64,000 bases of DNA from Candidatus Cybelea sp. (GTDB lineage Bacteria; Vulcanimicrobiota; Vulcanimicrobiia; Vulcanimicrobiales; Vulcanimicrobiaceae), in contig DATAWH010000055.1 in the NCBI GenBank assembly GCA_036267315.1, positions 5,855 to 69,854 on the forward strand. Direction: 5' to 3'. Shown here one piece after another: positions 25,737 to 35,596 of the stretch. The notes beneath the pieces are model-generated. The model saw only the letters and a list, made by a program, of their open reading frames with translations. It was not told where the DNA came from and did no database searches. Each line of letters begins with the position of its first letter. Position 1 is the stretch's first letter. A program made the position numbers and the translations under genes.

Positions 25737-28331
25737 ATGGCGCCGAGCCTCACGTTCTACCGGGCGCTCTTGCGGCTCTGTCCGCGCGAGTTCCGCCGCA
25801 GTTACGGTGAGGAGGCAGCGAGCACGTTTGCAGAAGCGCTTTCGCGCCTGCACGAACGGCGCGAACCGGCCAAAACGCTGACCTTTGCGTTGAGCGCGTA
25901 CTTCGATATCGTGCTTACCGCGCTGCGGGAGCACGCAGCGATCGTGGGGGGCGACGTCTCTTTTGCGCTGCGGTTGATGGCGAAGTCGTGGGTATCCTCG
26001 GCGATCGTGATCGCCACGCTGGCGCTTGCCATTGGAATCGGAGCCACCGTCTTTAGCGCGATCGACTCCGTGCTGCTCGCGCCGCTGCCGTACGAAAATC
26101 CCTCGCAACTGGCGTTCATCTTCGATCGTCCCTACGACGATCCGGCAGCGCACGGCTCGGAAACGAGCCTTCCAAACACGCTGGACTGGCCGAGGCTGGC
26201 GCGCTCGTTTCGTTCGATCGGCTCGTATGCCAACTGGATGCCGACCCGCACCCGCGTCGCGATACCGCAGGCCGTTCCAGGCCAGGTGGTCACCGGCGAC
26301 TTCTTTGCGACGCTCGGCGTCCGCCCGCGCTTGGGCCGGCTCTTGGACGAGTCCGACGCGAGGCCTGGCGCGCCGAAAACGATCGTGATTTCGGAGGCGT
26401 ACTGGCGCGGCGCGCTCGGCGCGACGCCCAACGTGCTCGGAGAGACCCTTTCCCTCAGCGACGTTTCGTACCGAATTGTCGGCGTTCTCCCGCACGAGTT
26501 CGTTATGCCGCGAGCGTCGTCGCTCGGGGGGGCCGGAAGCGACGTTTATCGGGCGCTCGCCGATAACGCGTCGCCTCGCGACTCGCACTATTTGATTACG
26601 GTCGCGCGGCTGCACGCGGGCGTCTCGCCGCAGGCGGCGGCAGCGGACATGGATCGCGTCGCGGCCTTGTTGCGAGGGCGATATCCAATTGCCAACGCAA
26701 ATCTCGCGCAGCACGTGATCCCAATGAGCGAGCAGCTCTTCGGGTCGGCGCGATTGATGCTTGGAATTGCGCTCGCCGCGGTCGTTGGAATCGTGCTGAT
26801 CGCGTGTCTGAACGTCTCGAACATTCTGCTCGGGCGCATCGCCGACCGGGAACGCGAGCTCTCGATTCGCTTTGCGGTCGGCGCTTCGCGCGGACGTTTG
26901 ATCGGCCAGCTCTTCGTCGAGAGCGCGGTGTTGGCTGGAATGGGAGGCTCGGCTGGTCTCGCACTCTGTGCGGTGCTGGTGCACGTAGTGCCGGCGTTCG
27001 GGTTCGATCTTCCACGCATCGTCAGCGTGCACGTCAGCCCGCTCGTGGTGCTCGTTACCCTCGGCGTAACCTGTGCGTGTGCGATCGGCATCGGCACGCT
27101 CCCGGCCCTTACGCTTGCCTCCCCGCGTTTTTCGCACTGGGGGGGAAAGCTCACGCGCTCGGTCGTCGTAGTGCTCGAACTTTCGTTGGCGCTGGCGCTG
27201 GTGACCGGATCGGCGCTGCTCGTCCGCAGCTTCATCGCGATCTCGTCGATCGACGTTGGTTTCGATTACGACGGCGTCGTCGCGACGAGCGAAGTGATGC
27301 TGCCGCTGCGCCGGTACTCGTCGCCGCCCTCGCAGCTGGCATTCGCGCACGCTCTGCTGGCGCGTCTGCAGTCGCTTCCCGATCTGCAGTCACCCGGACT
27401 GATGGTATCCACGCCGCTCTCGGATGAAAACTACAACGCCGAAAACTATCGCGTCGTCGACCGGCCCGTCGACCGCAAGCAGAATCAGACGGTCGATTAC
27501 AATGCGGTGACCGCCGGCGGCCTGCGTTCGCTGCGCCTTCACCTCCTAACGGGACGACTAATCGGTGACGGCGATAACGAACGGACGGCGCCGGTTGCCA
27601 TCGTAACGCGAGCCTTCGCTCGTAAGAACTTTCCGAACGGAAGTCCGATCGGGCGGCGTATCGTGATCGCCTACGGGGCAAACCCGCCGTGGGGGCGCAC
27701 GATCGTCGGCATCGTCGACGACTTCAAAATGGAGGCGCTCACTGCGGAGCCGACGCCGCAGGTGATAGTGCCGTTCTTTCAAGACGTGCAGCCCACATTC
27801 CAGATCGTTGCGCGAACCCGGGCTGCAAACGCGCAAACCGCAGCCGAGATTTCGCAGGCCATCCGTTCCATCGACCACGAGCTCCCGCCGCGGCACGTCG
27901 CTTCGTACGCGACGTACATCGCGGATCGCCGCTCGAACGCGTCGACGGCGGCCCAGATGCTCGGCTTTATGGCGTTCGTTGGGCTGCTGCTGGCGGGATT
28001 GGGCACCTACGGCGTCGTGACGTACACCGTCGGCCGGCGGGCGCGCGAGTTCGGCATTCGCCGCGCGCTCGGAGCGAAGGGCTGGACGATCGCCTCGAGC
28101 GTTTTCGTACAAGTTGCGGCGCTCTTCGCAGCCGGAACGCTGCTTGGGGTCTTGCTTTCGGCAGCGGGCGCCGCCGCAATCTCGACGCTGCTCTACCGCG
28201 TATCGCCGTTCGATCCGCCGACCTTTGCGGTGGTCGCGCTGGCGCTGGCGATAACGGCGTTTGGCGCGGCACTCGTTCCCGCCGTACGCGCGATGCGCAT
28301 CGATCCCGTGGTGGCCTTACGTCACGAATGA
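25737..28331 (+). CDS. Duplicated MacB/FtsX-type ABC transporter permease without ATPase domain (ADOP-like)
   Basis: This 864-aa protein has a soluble N-terminal prefix (YRALLRLCPREFRRSYGEE). It then has two modules, each made of TM1, a large periplasmic domain and three FtsX-type TMs. The C-terminal tail PAVRAMRIDPVVALRHE is typical of FtsX/MacB permeases. There are no Walker motifs. Confidence 0.85.
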   Translation: MAPSLTFYRALLRLCPREFRRSYGEEAASTFAEALSRLHERREPAKTLTFALSAYFDIVLTALREHAAIVGGDVSFALRLMAKSWVSSAIVIATLALAIGIGATVFSAIDSVLLAPLPYENPSQLAFIFDRPYDDPAAHGSETSLPNTLDWPRLARSFRSIGSYANWMPTRTRVAIPQAVPGQVVTGDFFATLGVRPRLGRLLDESDARPGAPKTIVISEAYWRGALGATPNVLGETLSLSDVSYRIVGVLPHEFVMPRASSLGGAGSDVYRALADNASPRDSHYLITVARLHAGVSPQAAAADMDRVAALLRGRYPIANANLAQHVIPMSEQLFGSARLMLGIALAAVVGIVLIACLNVSNILLGRIADRERELSIRFAVGASRGRLIGQLFVESAVLAGMGGSAGLALCAVLVHVVPAFGFDLPRIVSVHVSPLVVLVTLGVTCACAIGIGTLPALTLASPRFSHWGGKLTRSVVVVLELSLALALVTGSALLVRSFIAISSIDVGFDYDGVVATSEVMLPLRRYSSPPSQLAFAHALLARLQSLPDLQSPGLMVSTPLSDENYNAENYRVVDRPVDRKQNQTVDYNAVTAGGLRSLRLHLLTGRLIGDGDNERTAPVAIVTRAFARKNFPNGSPIGRRIVIAYGANPPWGRTIVGIVDDFKMEALTAEPTPQVIVPFFQDVQPTFQIVARTRAANAQTAAEISQAIRSIDHELPPRHVASYATYIADRRSNASTAAQMLGFMAFVGLLLAGLGTYGVVTYTVGRRAREFGIRRALGAKGWTIASSVFVQVAALFAAGTLLGVLLSAAGAAAISTLLYRVSPFDPPTFAVVALALAITAFGAALVPAVRAMRIDPVVALRHE

Positions 28332-28332
28332 G

Positions 28333-30915
28333 TTACTCGTAGCGCAACGCTAGCGCCGGATCGACGCGCATCGCACGAATCGCCGGCAGCAAAGCGGCAA
28401 AGGCCGCGCACCCGAGCAGGAGCGCGATAACGCTGCCGAAGGTCAATGGATCGAAGGGCGATACGCCGTCGAGCTGCGGCGCGATCGCGCGCCCAGCGAG
28501 AATCGCGATCGTCGTGCCAGCCGCGATGCCGAGCGCACTGATGAAGAGTGCGCGTCGCAGAACGTCGGCGAGCACGTCGCGCGCGCGCGCACCGAGCGCG
28601 CGCCGGACGCCGAACTCGCGGTATCGCTGCGTAACGCTAAACGAAACGACCCCGAAGACGCCCGAGAGGGCGAGGAGGAACGCGACCGCGGCCAGCGAGC
28701 CGAGCAAAACGGCCGAAGAGCGCGGCGTCGAGGCCGCATCGCCGACGAGCTGCGAGATCGTGTAGACGTTGGGGGTTACGATCAGCGGGTCGGTCTGGGC
28801 TACGACCCGCTCCAGAGCGCGCCCGAGAGAGTCGGGCGTCAGCGTATCGCTCGAAACGACGACGTCGACGACGTTGGGGGCAACCTGGCCGAAGGGCAGG
28901 TAATACATCGGCGGCGGGGGACGGCTGAGCCGTTGTTGCTCGTCTGCAACCACGCCGACGATCGTCGCCACCCCGCGCGCGGCGCCGTTCCAGCCCGATA
29001 CGCGCAGGCGCGTGCCGACGGGGTTGCGATCCTGGAGATACTTTCGGACAAACGCTTCGTTGACGACCGCGACCCGTTGCGACGTACCGGTATCGTCGCT
29101 CGAGAACATTCGCCCGTGCAACAACGGGAGGCCTAAGATTCGAAAGTATCCTGGCGTCACCGCATTGAGGTGCGCGTCGGGTTGATCGTCGACCGGATAG
29201 GCCTTGCCGACGATGCCAACCGTAAACGTGACGATCACCTCGGAGAGCGGATAGGAAACCGAGAGCGCGGCCTCTCTGACGCCGGGAATCCGGTCGACGC
29301 CGGCGAGCAGCGAATCGGCAAAGCTCGAGCGCGCCGGTAATTTCCGGTAGCGCGTGGAGGGAAGGCCGATCGCTTCGCTGACGAGCACGCCTTGAGTGCG
29401 TACGCCCAAATCGGGGTGAGTCAGCACGTAGAAGCTGCGCACGGTCAAGCCGGAGAGGACGACGAGGACGAGGGTGGCGGCGAGCTCGACGACGACGAGG
29501 GCCGAACGCAGCAGGGCGCCGGCAGAGCGATCGCCGCTTCGTCCCCCCGCTTCGAGCGCACTAGACAAGCGTCTCTGTGCGAGCGCCGCCACGGGCCACA
29601 TTCCGGAAAGAATCGTCACGCCGGCGACGAGCGCTACGGCGTAGAGCAGAACGCTCGCATCGATCTGTACCGAGTCGATGCGCGGCAGCGTGCGCAGCAC
29701 CGTCACGGTCAAAAGACGAAGGACGCCGTACGCCAGCGCAATTCCGATTGCGCCGCCCGCCGCGGCGAGCACGCCGGTCTCAGCGAAAAGCTGTGCGCCC
29801 AATCGCCCGAGCGACGCACCGAGCGAAGCCCGCAGCGCGAACTCACGCTCGCGCGTCGAAGCGTCGGCGAGCAGCAGGTTTGCGACGTTCGCACAAGCGA
29901 TGAGCAACACCGCGACGACCGCGGCGAAGACCGTCCAGAGCGCCGCGGCGACGTTGCCGAGGAAGGCCGAGCGCATCGAATCGGCGCCAAACACGACGCC
30001 GGCGTCGTTGCGCGCGTAGCGCTTGGCGAGACGCGCCGACGCCAGCGCGAGATCGGCGTTTGCCGACTGCATCGTGGCGCCCGGGGCGAGCAGCGCGATC
30101 GCGCCGAGATAGCGCGCGCCGCGCTGAGTCGGCGGCACGGTATTGGGCAGAGGCACCCAGAAGTCGTCACGATCCAGCGACCCGGCGTCGGGTGCCGGAA
30201 CGCGCACGTTCGGCGCGACGCCGATCACCTCGATTGGAACGCCGTCAAAGCCGATGCTCTTGCCGATTGCATGCGGATCGGCGCCCAGCTCCGTACGCCA
30301 GAGGCGTTCCGAAATGATGGCGCGGCGTACCCCTGGGCGGCCGTCGTTAGAGGTGAAGAACCGGCCGAGCTCCGGCTTCAATCCCAGTACCGAGAAATAG
30401 TTCCAACCGACGTCCATGCCGTCGATCTGACGGGGTTTCCCGTTGCCGGTCAACACGGCCGAATCTTGTGCTTCGCCGGCGATTGCGTCGAACGCCGTTG
30501 CGTTGGCACGCAAGTCGGAGACGTCGGGTATCGAAAGCGCGCTGCCGGCGATGCCTCGCCGGTCGCGATCTTCGACGACGACGAGTCGCGCTGCGTTGGG
30601 ATAGGGCAACGGTTTGATCAAGACCGCGTCGAGCACGCTGAAGACCGCGACGTTGGCACCGATACCGAGTGCAAAAGAAGCGATCACCACGGCAACGAGC
30701 AGCGGAAGGCGGCGCAAGCGGCGAATCCCGAAGGAGACATCGCGTGCCAGCGTGTCGGCGCGCATCGCAAGACCGGTGACGACGATATCGGCAGCGGCGC
30801 GCCACGTGCCCGAACCGGCGTCGGCCACATCGGCCAGAATCTGCTCGCGAAACTCGGCGCGGAAATCCGCCGGATATGCCAGCAGCGCCAGCCGCACAAA
30901 TCCTAGCCCGGTCAC
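28333..30915 (-). CDS. Duplicated MacB/FtsX-type ABC transporter permease without ATPase domain (ADOP-like), paralog
   Basis: This 860-aa protein has the same architecture (prefix LALLAYPADFRAEFREQ; tail PAIRAMRVDPALALRYE). The GTG start overlaps the stop of the upstream PadR gene (GTGA). Confidence 0.85.
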   Translation of the reverse strand: MTGLGFVRLALLAYPADFRAEFREQILADVADAGSGTWRAAADIVVTGLAMRADTLARDVSFGIRRLRRLPLLVAVVIASFALGIGANVAVFSVLDAVLIKPLPYPNAARLVVVEDRDRRGIAGSALSIPDVSDLRANATAFDAIAGEAQDSAVLTGNGKPRQIDGMDVGWNYFSVLGLKPELGRFFTSNDGRPGVRRAIISERLWRTELGADPHAIGKSIGFDGVPIEVIGVAPNVRVPAPDAGSLDRDDFWVPLPNTVPPTQRGARYLGAIALLAPGATMQSANADLALASARLAKRYARNDAGVVFGADSMRSAFLGNVAAALWTVFAAVVAVLLIACANVANLLLADASTREREFALRASLGASLGRLGAQLFAETGVLAAAGGAIGIALAYGVLRLLTVTVLRTLPRIDSVQIDASVLLYAVALVAGVTILSGMWPVAALAQRRLSSALEAGGRSGDRSAGALLRSALVVVELAATLVLVVLSGLTVRSFYVLTHPDLGVRTQGVLVSEAIGLPSTRYRKLPARSSFADSLLAGVDRIPGVREAALSVSYPLSEVIVTFTVGIVGKAYPVDDQPDAHLNAVTPGYFRILGLPLLHGRMFSSDDTGTSQRVAVVNEAFVRKYLQDRNPVGTRLRVSGWNGAARGVATIVGVVADEQQRLSRPPPPMYYLPFGQVAPNVVDVVVSSDTLTPDSLGRALERVVAQTDPLIVTPNVYTISQLVGDAASTPRSSAVLLGSLAAVAFLLALSGVFGVVSFSVTQRYREFGVRRALGARARDVLADVLRRALFISALGIAAGTTIAILAGRAIAPQLDGVSPFDPLTFGSVIALLLGCAAFAALLPAIRAMRVDPALALRYE

Positions 30916-31259
30916 GCGTGGCCCCCGATGAGCTCGAGCTCGCGAGCCATGCGGACGAGTTCGTCCAGGCGCGTCGCTTCGGCGCGCGCGATCCGTCTGC
31001 CGCGGGCGGACAGACGATAGCGCCGCCGCCGCGAGTCTACTCCATCGGCACCGAGTTCAACGATCCAACCGTCGACGAGCATTTGGCGGATGATCGGGTA
31101 GAGCGTGCCGGGCGTCAGGCGAACGGAGTTACCCGTCAGGCTCGCGACCATCTTGGCGATCGCGTAACCGTGCGTCTCCTCGCGCGCGAGCGCGAGCAGC
31201 ACGTAAAATGCGCGCGGGCTCAGCGGAAGCAGTTCGTTGATATCGTTTGATGATGACAC
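30912..31259 (-). CDS. PadR-family transcriptional regulator
   Basis: The PadR winged helix is present: VLLALAREETHGYAIAKMV....LTPGTLYPIIRQMLVDGWI...RRRRYRLSARGRRIA. Confidence 0.9.
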   Translation of the reverse strand: MSSSNDINELLPLSPRAFYVLLALAREETHGYAIAKMVASLTGNSVRLTPGTLYPIIRQMLVDGWIVELGADGVDSRRRRYRLSARGRRIARAEATRLDELVRMARELELIGGHA

Positions 31260-31300
31260 GTTCGACCTCGCACGAGAACGAGACGGATGTATTGAAGGCC

Positions 31301-31363
31301 ACTATATCCATAATCGTCTGAGGTGTCAACGCGCTTGACAGCGCAGAATCCCAGATATATCAT
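31301..31363. promoter_or_regulatory. Back-to-back divergent sigma70-like promoters for two PadR genes
   Basis: On the plus strand: TTGACA (31335-31340), N17, TATCAT (31358-31363). On the minus strand: TTGACA (complement of 31324-31329), N17, TATAGT (complement of 31301-31306). The two -35 boxes form the inverted repeat TGTCAA-cgcgc-TTGACA. The AT-rich repeat GATATATC(C)ATG occurs twice (31354-31364, 31370-31381). Confidence 0.6.
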
Positions 31364-31400
31364 GACTGCGATATATCCATGTTGGTTATAAGGGGCGTTC

Positions 31401-31754
31401 ATGCTTAACCGCCGTCAGGATCCGGCGCCGCTCTTGCCGCTCGCGACGAGCGCTTTTCATATCTTGCTCGCGCTCGCCGAAGGCGAACGGCACGGGTACA
31501 GCATCGGTAAGGCCGTGGAAGCGGCGACGAACGGCCAGATCAACCTGGGGCCCGGTACGCTCTACCGTCAGCTCAAGCAGATGTCTAGCGACGGCTGGAT
31601 CGTCGAAACCGAACGCGGCGACGACGATGCGATGCGACGCCGCTACTATCGTTTGACGCCGTGGGGCCGCAAGATCGCGCAAGCCGAGGCGGTGCGGTTG
31701 GCCCGCCTCGTCGCGGTGGCGCGTTCGCGGCGGCTGCTGCCCGCCGGAATTTAG
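31401..31754 (+). CDS. PadR-family transcriptional regulator
   Basis: The PadR winged helix is present: ILLALAEGERHGYSIGKAV....LGPGTLYRQLKQMSSDGWI...RRRYYRLTPWGRKIA. Confidence 0.9.
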   Translation: MLNRRQDPAPLLPLATSAFHILLALAEGERHGYSIGKAVEAATNGQINLGPGTLYRQLKQMSSDGWIVETERGDDDAMRRRYYRLTPWGRKIAQAEAVRLARLVAVARSRRLLPAGI

Positions 31755-31764
31755 GTTCGTTTGA

Positions 31765-33015
31765 ATGGACGTCATTCGCGAACGCTCGCGACGTCTGCCG
31801 AAGTGGCCCTACGCCGTTGCGCTCGGGGCCGGCGCGCTGCTCGCGATCGTTTTCGCGACGCGTGGAATGAACTCGCGCGGTAATGTAACCGTCGAGCGAG
31901 CGACCCTCGTTACGGATGTCGCACGTGCGGGCACGCTGGTGCGTTCGGTTAGCGCACAAGGTGCGTTCGTGCCCGACCGAGTTCGCGTGGTAGCCGCGAC
32001 GCAGAGCGGCGTGATCGACCAAATTTTCGTTAAACCCGGCAGCGTCGTCGTGCCGGGGACCGTCGTCGCAAAGATGGAAAATCCATCGCTCGACGCCGCT
32101 GCCCGCGACGCGCAGGCGCAGCTCGCCGTCGCGCGAGCCGATCTCGAGAGCGCGCAGCAGCAGGCACGCACCGAGCAGCTCACGCAGGAGGGCGTACTCG
32201 ACGGCGCGCAGGCACAGATGGAGCAGAGCGCGCTGCAGGCGCAGTCACTCGCTACCTTGCATCGCCGCGGCCTGGTCGCCGACGTTCAGTATCGCCAGGC
32301 GATCATCGCGTCGCGAAAGGACGGCAACGACGTCCGCATCGCAGGCGCGCAACTCGGGGCCGCCTCGGCCGACGCGCGGGCGAAGGTCTCGGCGGCGCAG
32401 GCGCGCGTCGTGCAGGCGCAGGCACAACTCGATGCCGGCCGCGCCCAGGTAGACGCGCTGACCGTCCGTTCGGCGACCAGCGGTATCGTGCAAAGCGTCG
32501 AGCTCGATCCGGGAACGAGCGCCGCACAGAACTCGGTGATCGCGCACGTCGCCGACACGAGCTCGCTCAAGGCGGTGCTGCAGGTCGCCGAGGGAGACGT
32601 GCACGCGGTCGCGCCGGGAATGCGGGCGAGCATCGATACCGGAAACGGAGTCTTGCAGGGGCGCGTGTCTCGGGTGGCGCCCGCCGCCGGGAACGGCACG
32701 GTTGCCACCGACGTTACCTTCTCGCGACCGTTGCCGCGGGGCGTGCGCGCCGATACGAACGTGGACGGCGTTATCTACATTGCGACGATTCGCGACGCGC
32801 TCGCGATCGCGCGCCCAGCCGGCGCGACCGACGGAAGCGTCACGGAACTGTTTAAAGTCGTCGACGGAGGTAAGGCGGCGCTGCGCGTGCGCGTGCACTT
32901 CGGACGCGGCTCCGCCGACCGCATCTCCGTACTCTCCGGGCTCGAACCGGGCGATACGGTCATCGTTTCGGATATGTCCAACGACATCGATCAAACTATG
33001 CTGAACTTGCGTTAG
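31765..33015 (+). CDS. HlyD/MacA-family periplasmic adaptor (membrane fusion protein)
   Basis: It has an N-terminal TM anchor and a lipoyl-like motif (SGVIDQIFVKPGSVVVPGTVVAKMENP). A long coiled-coil (Ala/Gln-rich) is followed by beta-barrel and MP domains. Confidence 0.85.
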   Translation: MDVIRERSRRLPKWPYAVALGAGALLAIVFATRGMNSRGNVTVERATLVTDVARAGTLVRSVSAQGAFVPDRVRVVAATQSGVIDQIFVKPGSVVVPGTVVAKMENPSLDAAARDAQAQLAVARADLESAQQQARTEQLTQEGVLDGAQAQMEQSALQAQSLATLHRRGLVADVQYRQAIIASRKDGNDVRIAGAQLGAASADARAKVSAAQARVVQAQAQLDAGRAQVDALTVRSATSGIVQSVELDPGTSAAQNSVIAHVADTSSLKAVLQVAEGDVHAVAPGMRASIDTGNGVLQGRVSRVAPAAGNGTVATDVTFSRPLPRGVRADTNVDGVIYIATIRDALAIARPAGATDGSVTELFKVVDGGKAALRVRVHFGRGSADRISVLSGLEPGDTVIVSDMSNDIDQTMLNLR

Positions 33016-33023
33016 GGGTCGTC

Positions 33024-33693
<670 letters not shown>

Positions 33694-33713
<20 letters not shown>

Positions 33714-34965
33714 TTTCGGTTCGCTCGTGTTCTTCATGTTCGCCGCGGAGGTGACGCTCGCGCAGGCCATTGCCGTCGCGGCCGCGCGTTCGCCCGCCCT
33801 GCGCATCGCGACCGATACCTATTCACAGACCGGCGCCGCGGTCGACCTGAGCAAAACTCCCTTTGCGCCGAGCGTTTCCGGCGCGCTTTCGGCAGTTGCC
33901 GGCTCGAGCGCGCCGGCGTCGCAGTCGCCGAGCGCGGATCTTGCAGGCGTCGGCGTTTCGCAGCTCGTTTTCGACGGCGGCCACGTGTTGGCGCAGATTC
34001 GCTCCGCGCAAGCGACGCAGTCGGCGGGGGCCGGAGTGCTCGAACGTGCGGCCCAGCAGATTGCTTTCAACGTGGCGCAAAGCTACTACAATGCGCTCGA
34101 AACGCGGGCTGCAGTTCGGCTTGCGGTACGCATCGTCGCGCAGGATCGCGCCCAAGAGGATCTGATCCGCGCGCAAATTGAGGCCGGCGTTGCCTCGCGC
34201 GTCGACCTCGCCACCGCCCAAATTCCGACGGCGCAAGCGCTCGTGACGGCGGCGCGTGCTCGTGGGGCAGACGTCGCCGCGCTGGCCGCCTTTGCCAACG
34301 CGATGGGACTGCACGCGAACGCTGGCGTCGAACCGTCGGCCGATCCCCAGAGCGAAACGTCCGCTTCGCAGATTCCCAACGAACCGGCGACCTACGATGC
34401 CGCCGTGGCGCACGCGATGCGCGTCCGTCCGGACTATCGGAGCGCACAGCGCGCGGTGGTCGCCGCCGGCCAAACGCTGCGCGCGGCGAAAACGCTCGAC
34501 GCTCCGCAGGTGAGTTTGATTGCAAACGCCGGCGTGGCGAGCTTTCCCGGAAGCGGTCTGGGTTCGCTCGCGAACAACTTCGCCGGCGCGACGGTAACGC
34601 TGCCGTTTTACGATCGCGGCGTGCGCAACGCGCAGAGCGAATCGGCGGCGATCGGCGTCGACCTACAAGAAGCAACGCTGGTGCAAACCGGGCTCGGCAT
34701 CGAATCCGACGTTCGTCAAGCCTTCGGAACGCTGACGGGTGCGCGCGACGCGCTCGTTCAAGCGGAGTTGGAACTGCGCACCGCGCAGGAAGTACTTGTC
34801 GATACGCAGGTCCAATATCGCGCCGGGATCACCAACCTCGCACTTCTGCTCAACGCACAGGCGGGGCTGACGCAGGCCGAGACCGATCGCCTCACCGCGG
34901 TGTATGCGTTGCGCCAAGCGGAGGAAGCGTATCTCTTCGCCCTGGGAGATCTGCATTTGCCGTAG
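33694..34965 (+). CDS. TolC-family outer membrane efflux protein
   Basis: The mature N-terminus TLAQAIAVAAARSPAL matches the family. There are two repeats of long helical Ala/Gln-rich segments, and the C-terminal block YRAGITNLALLLNAQ..L.QAE is typical of OEP/TolC. It overlaps the ATPase gene by 20 nt. Confidence 0.85.
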
Positions 34966-35010
34966 GACAGGGGAAGGAAAGATGACCCTGGTCATCAAAA
35001 TGAGGCAGCG

Positions 35011-35574
35011 ATGACCACGCTTCAAGCGCTCGTCGACGAACTGAAAGATCGCGCGCCGCTCGACCGGGAGCTGCGCGAGATGGCTCGGTTGCTCTCCACG
35101 GCCGGCGCATCGTGGGCCGTGCCGCGGCCGCTGGTCGCACGGGCCAACGCCTACACCCGCACCAGCGTCCATCGCGAAGGTCGCTTCGAGGTGGTGCTGC
35201 TCAACTGGGCCGCCGGGGCTTTTTCGGGAATCCACGATCACGGCGGACGGCACTGCTGGATGTCGGTACTCGAGGGAAGCCTGTTGGTCGACGATTACGC
35301 GCGGCTCGATCGCGGCGAGCGAGCCGGTTACGCGAGGATCGAAGCGCGGGACTCGCGCTTGCTGGGTACCGGGGAGCTCGATCTGCGATCGGGGCCCTTC
35401 GATCTCCACCGGGTCGGTGCGACCGCCGATGCGCCCGCAATCTCTTTACACGTTTACGCCGCGCCGCTTCAAGAGTACGGCGTCTACGACGAGCTTTCGG
35501 AGCGGTGCCAAACGGCGCTCGGGACGTACGACGACGTCTTGGACGATCCGCGCCGCCTCGTTCCGGTTCGCTAA
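35011..35574 (+). CDS. Cysteine dioxygenase type I-like cupin protein
   Basis: The cupin metal-site pattern GIHDHGGRHCWMSVLEGSL is present, with a later His (DLHRV). The size and layout resemble bacterial CDO/3-mercaptopropionate dioxygenase homologs. Confidence 0.65.
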   Translation: MTTLQALVDELKDRAPLDRELREMARLLSTAGASWAVPRPLVARANAYTRTSVHREGRFEVVLLNWAAGAFSGIHDHGGRHCWMSVLEGSLLVDDYARLDRGERAGYARIEARDSRLLGTGELDLRSGPFDLHRVGATADAPAISLHVYAAPLQEYGVYDELSERCQTALGTYDDVLDDPRRLVPVR

Positions 35575-35596
35575 CGCACTCGTAACTTTTAGAAGG

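Noticed and set aside
25578-27350. Long antisense ORFs (this one 590 aa; likewise 29392..30906, 40150..41385, 46856..47905, 47989..49683, 49859..50848, 51939..52937, 35783..36976, 57717..58775, 59350..60168)
   Set aside because: They are Arg/Gly/Pro-rich low-complexity translations lying exactly opposite genes with clear family motifs. This is the usual shadow-ORF artefact of high-GC DNA.
34981-34996. Terminator after the TolC-family gene (GATGACC-CT-GGTCATC)
   Set aside because: The loop is too small, it is followed by an A-tract rather than a T-tract on the coding strand, and the next gene starts 15 nt later. This is probably just a palindrome.
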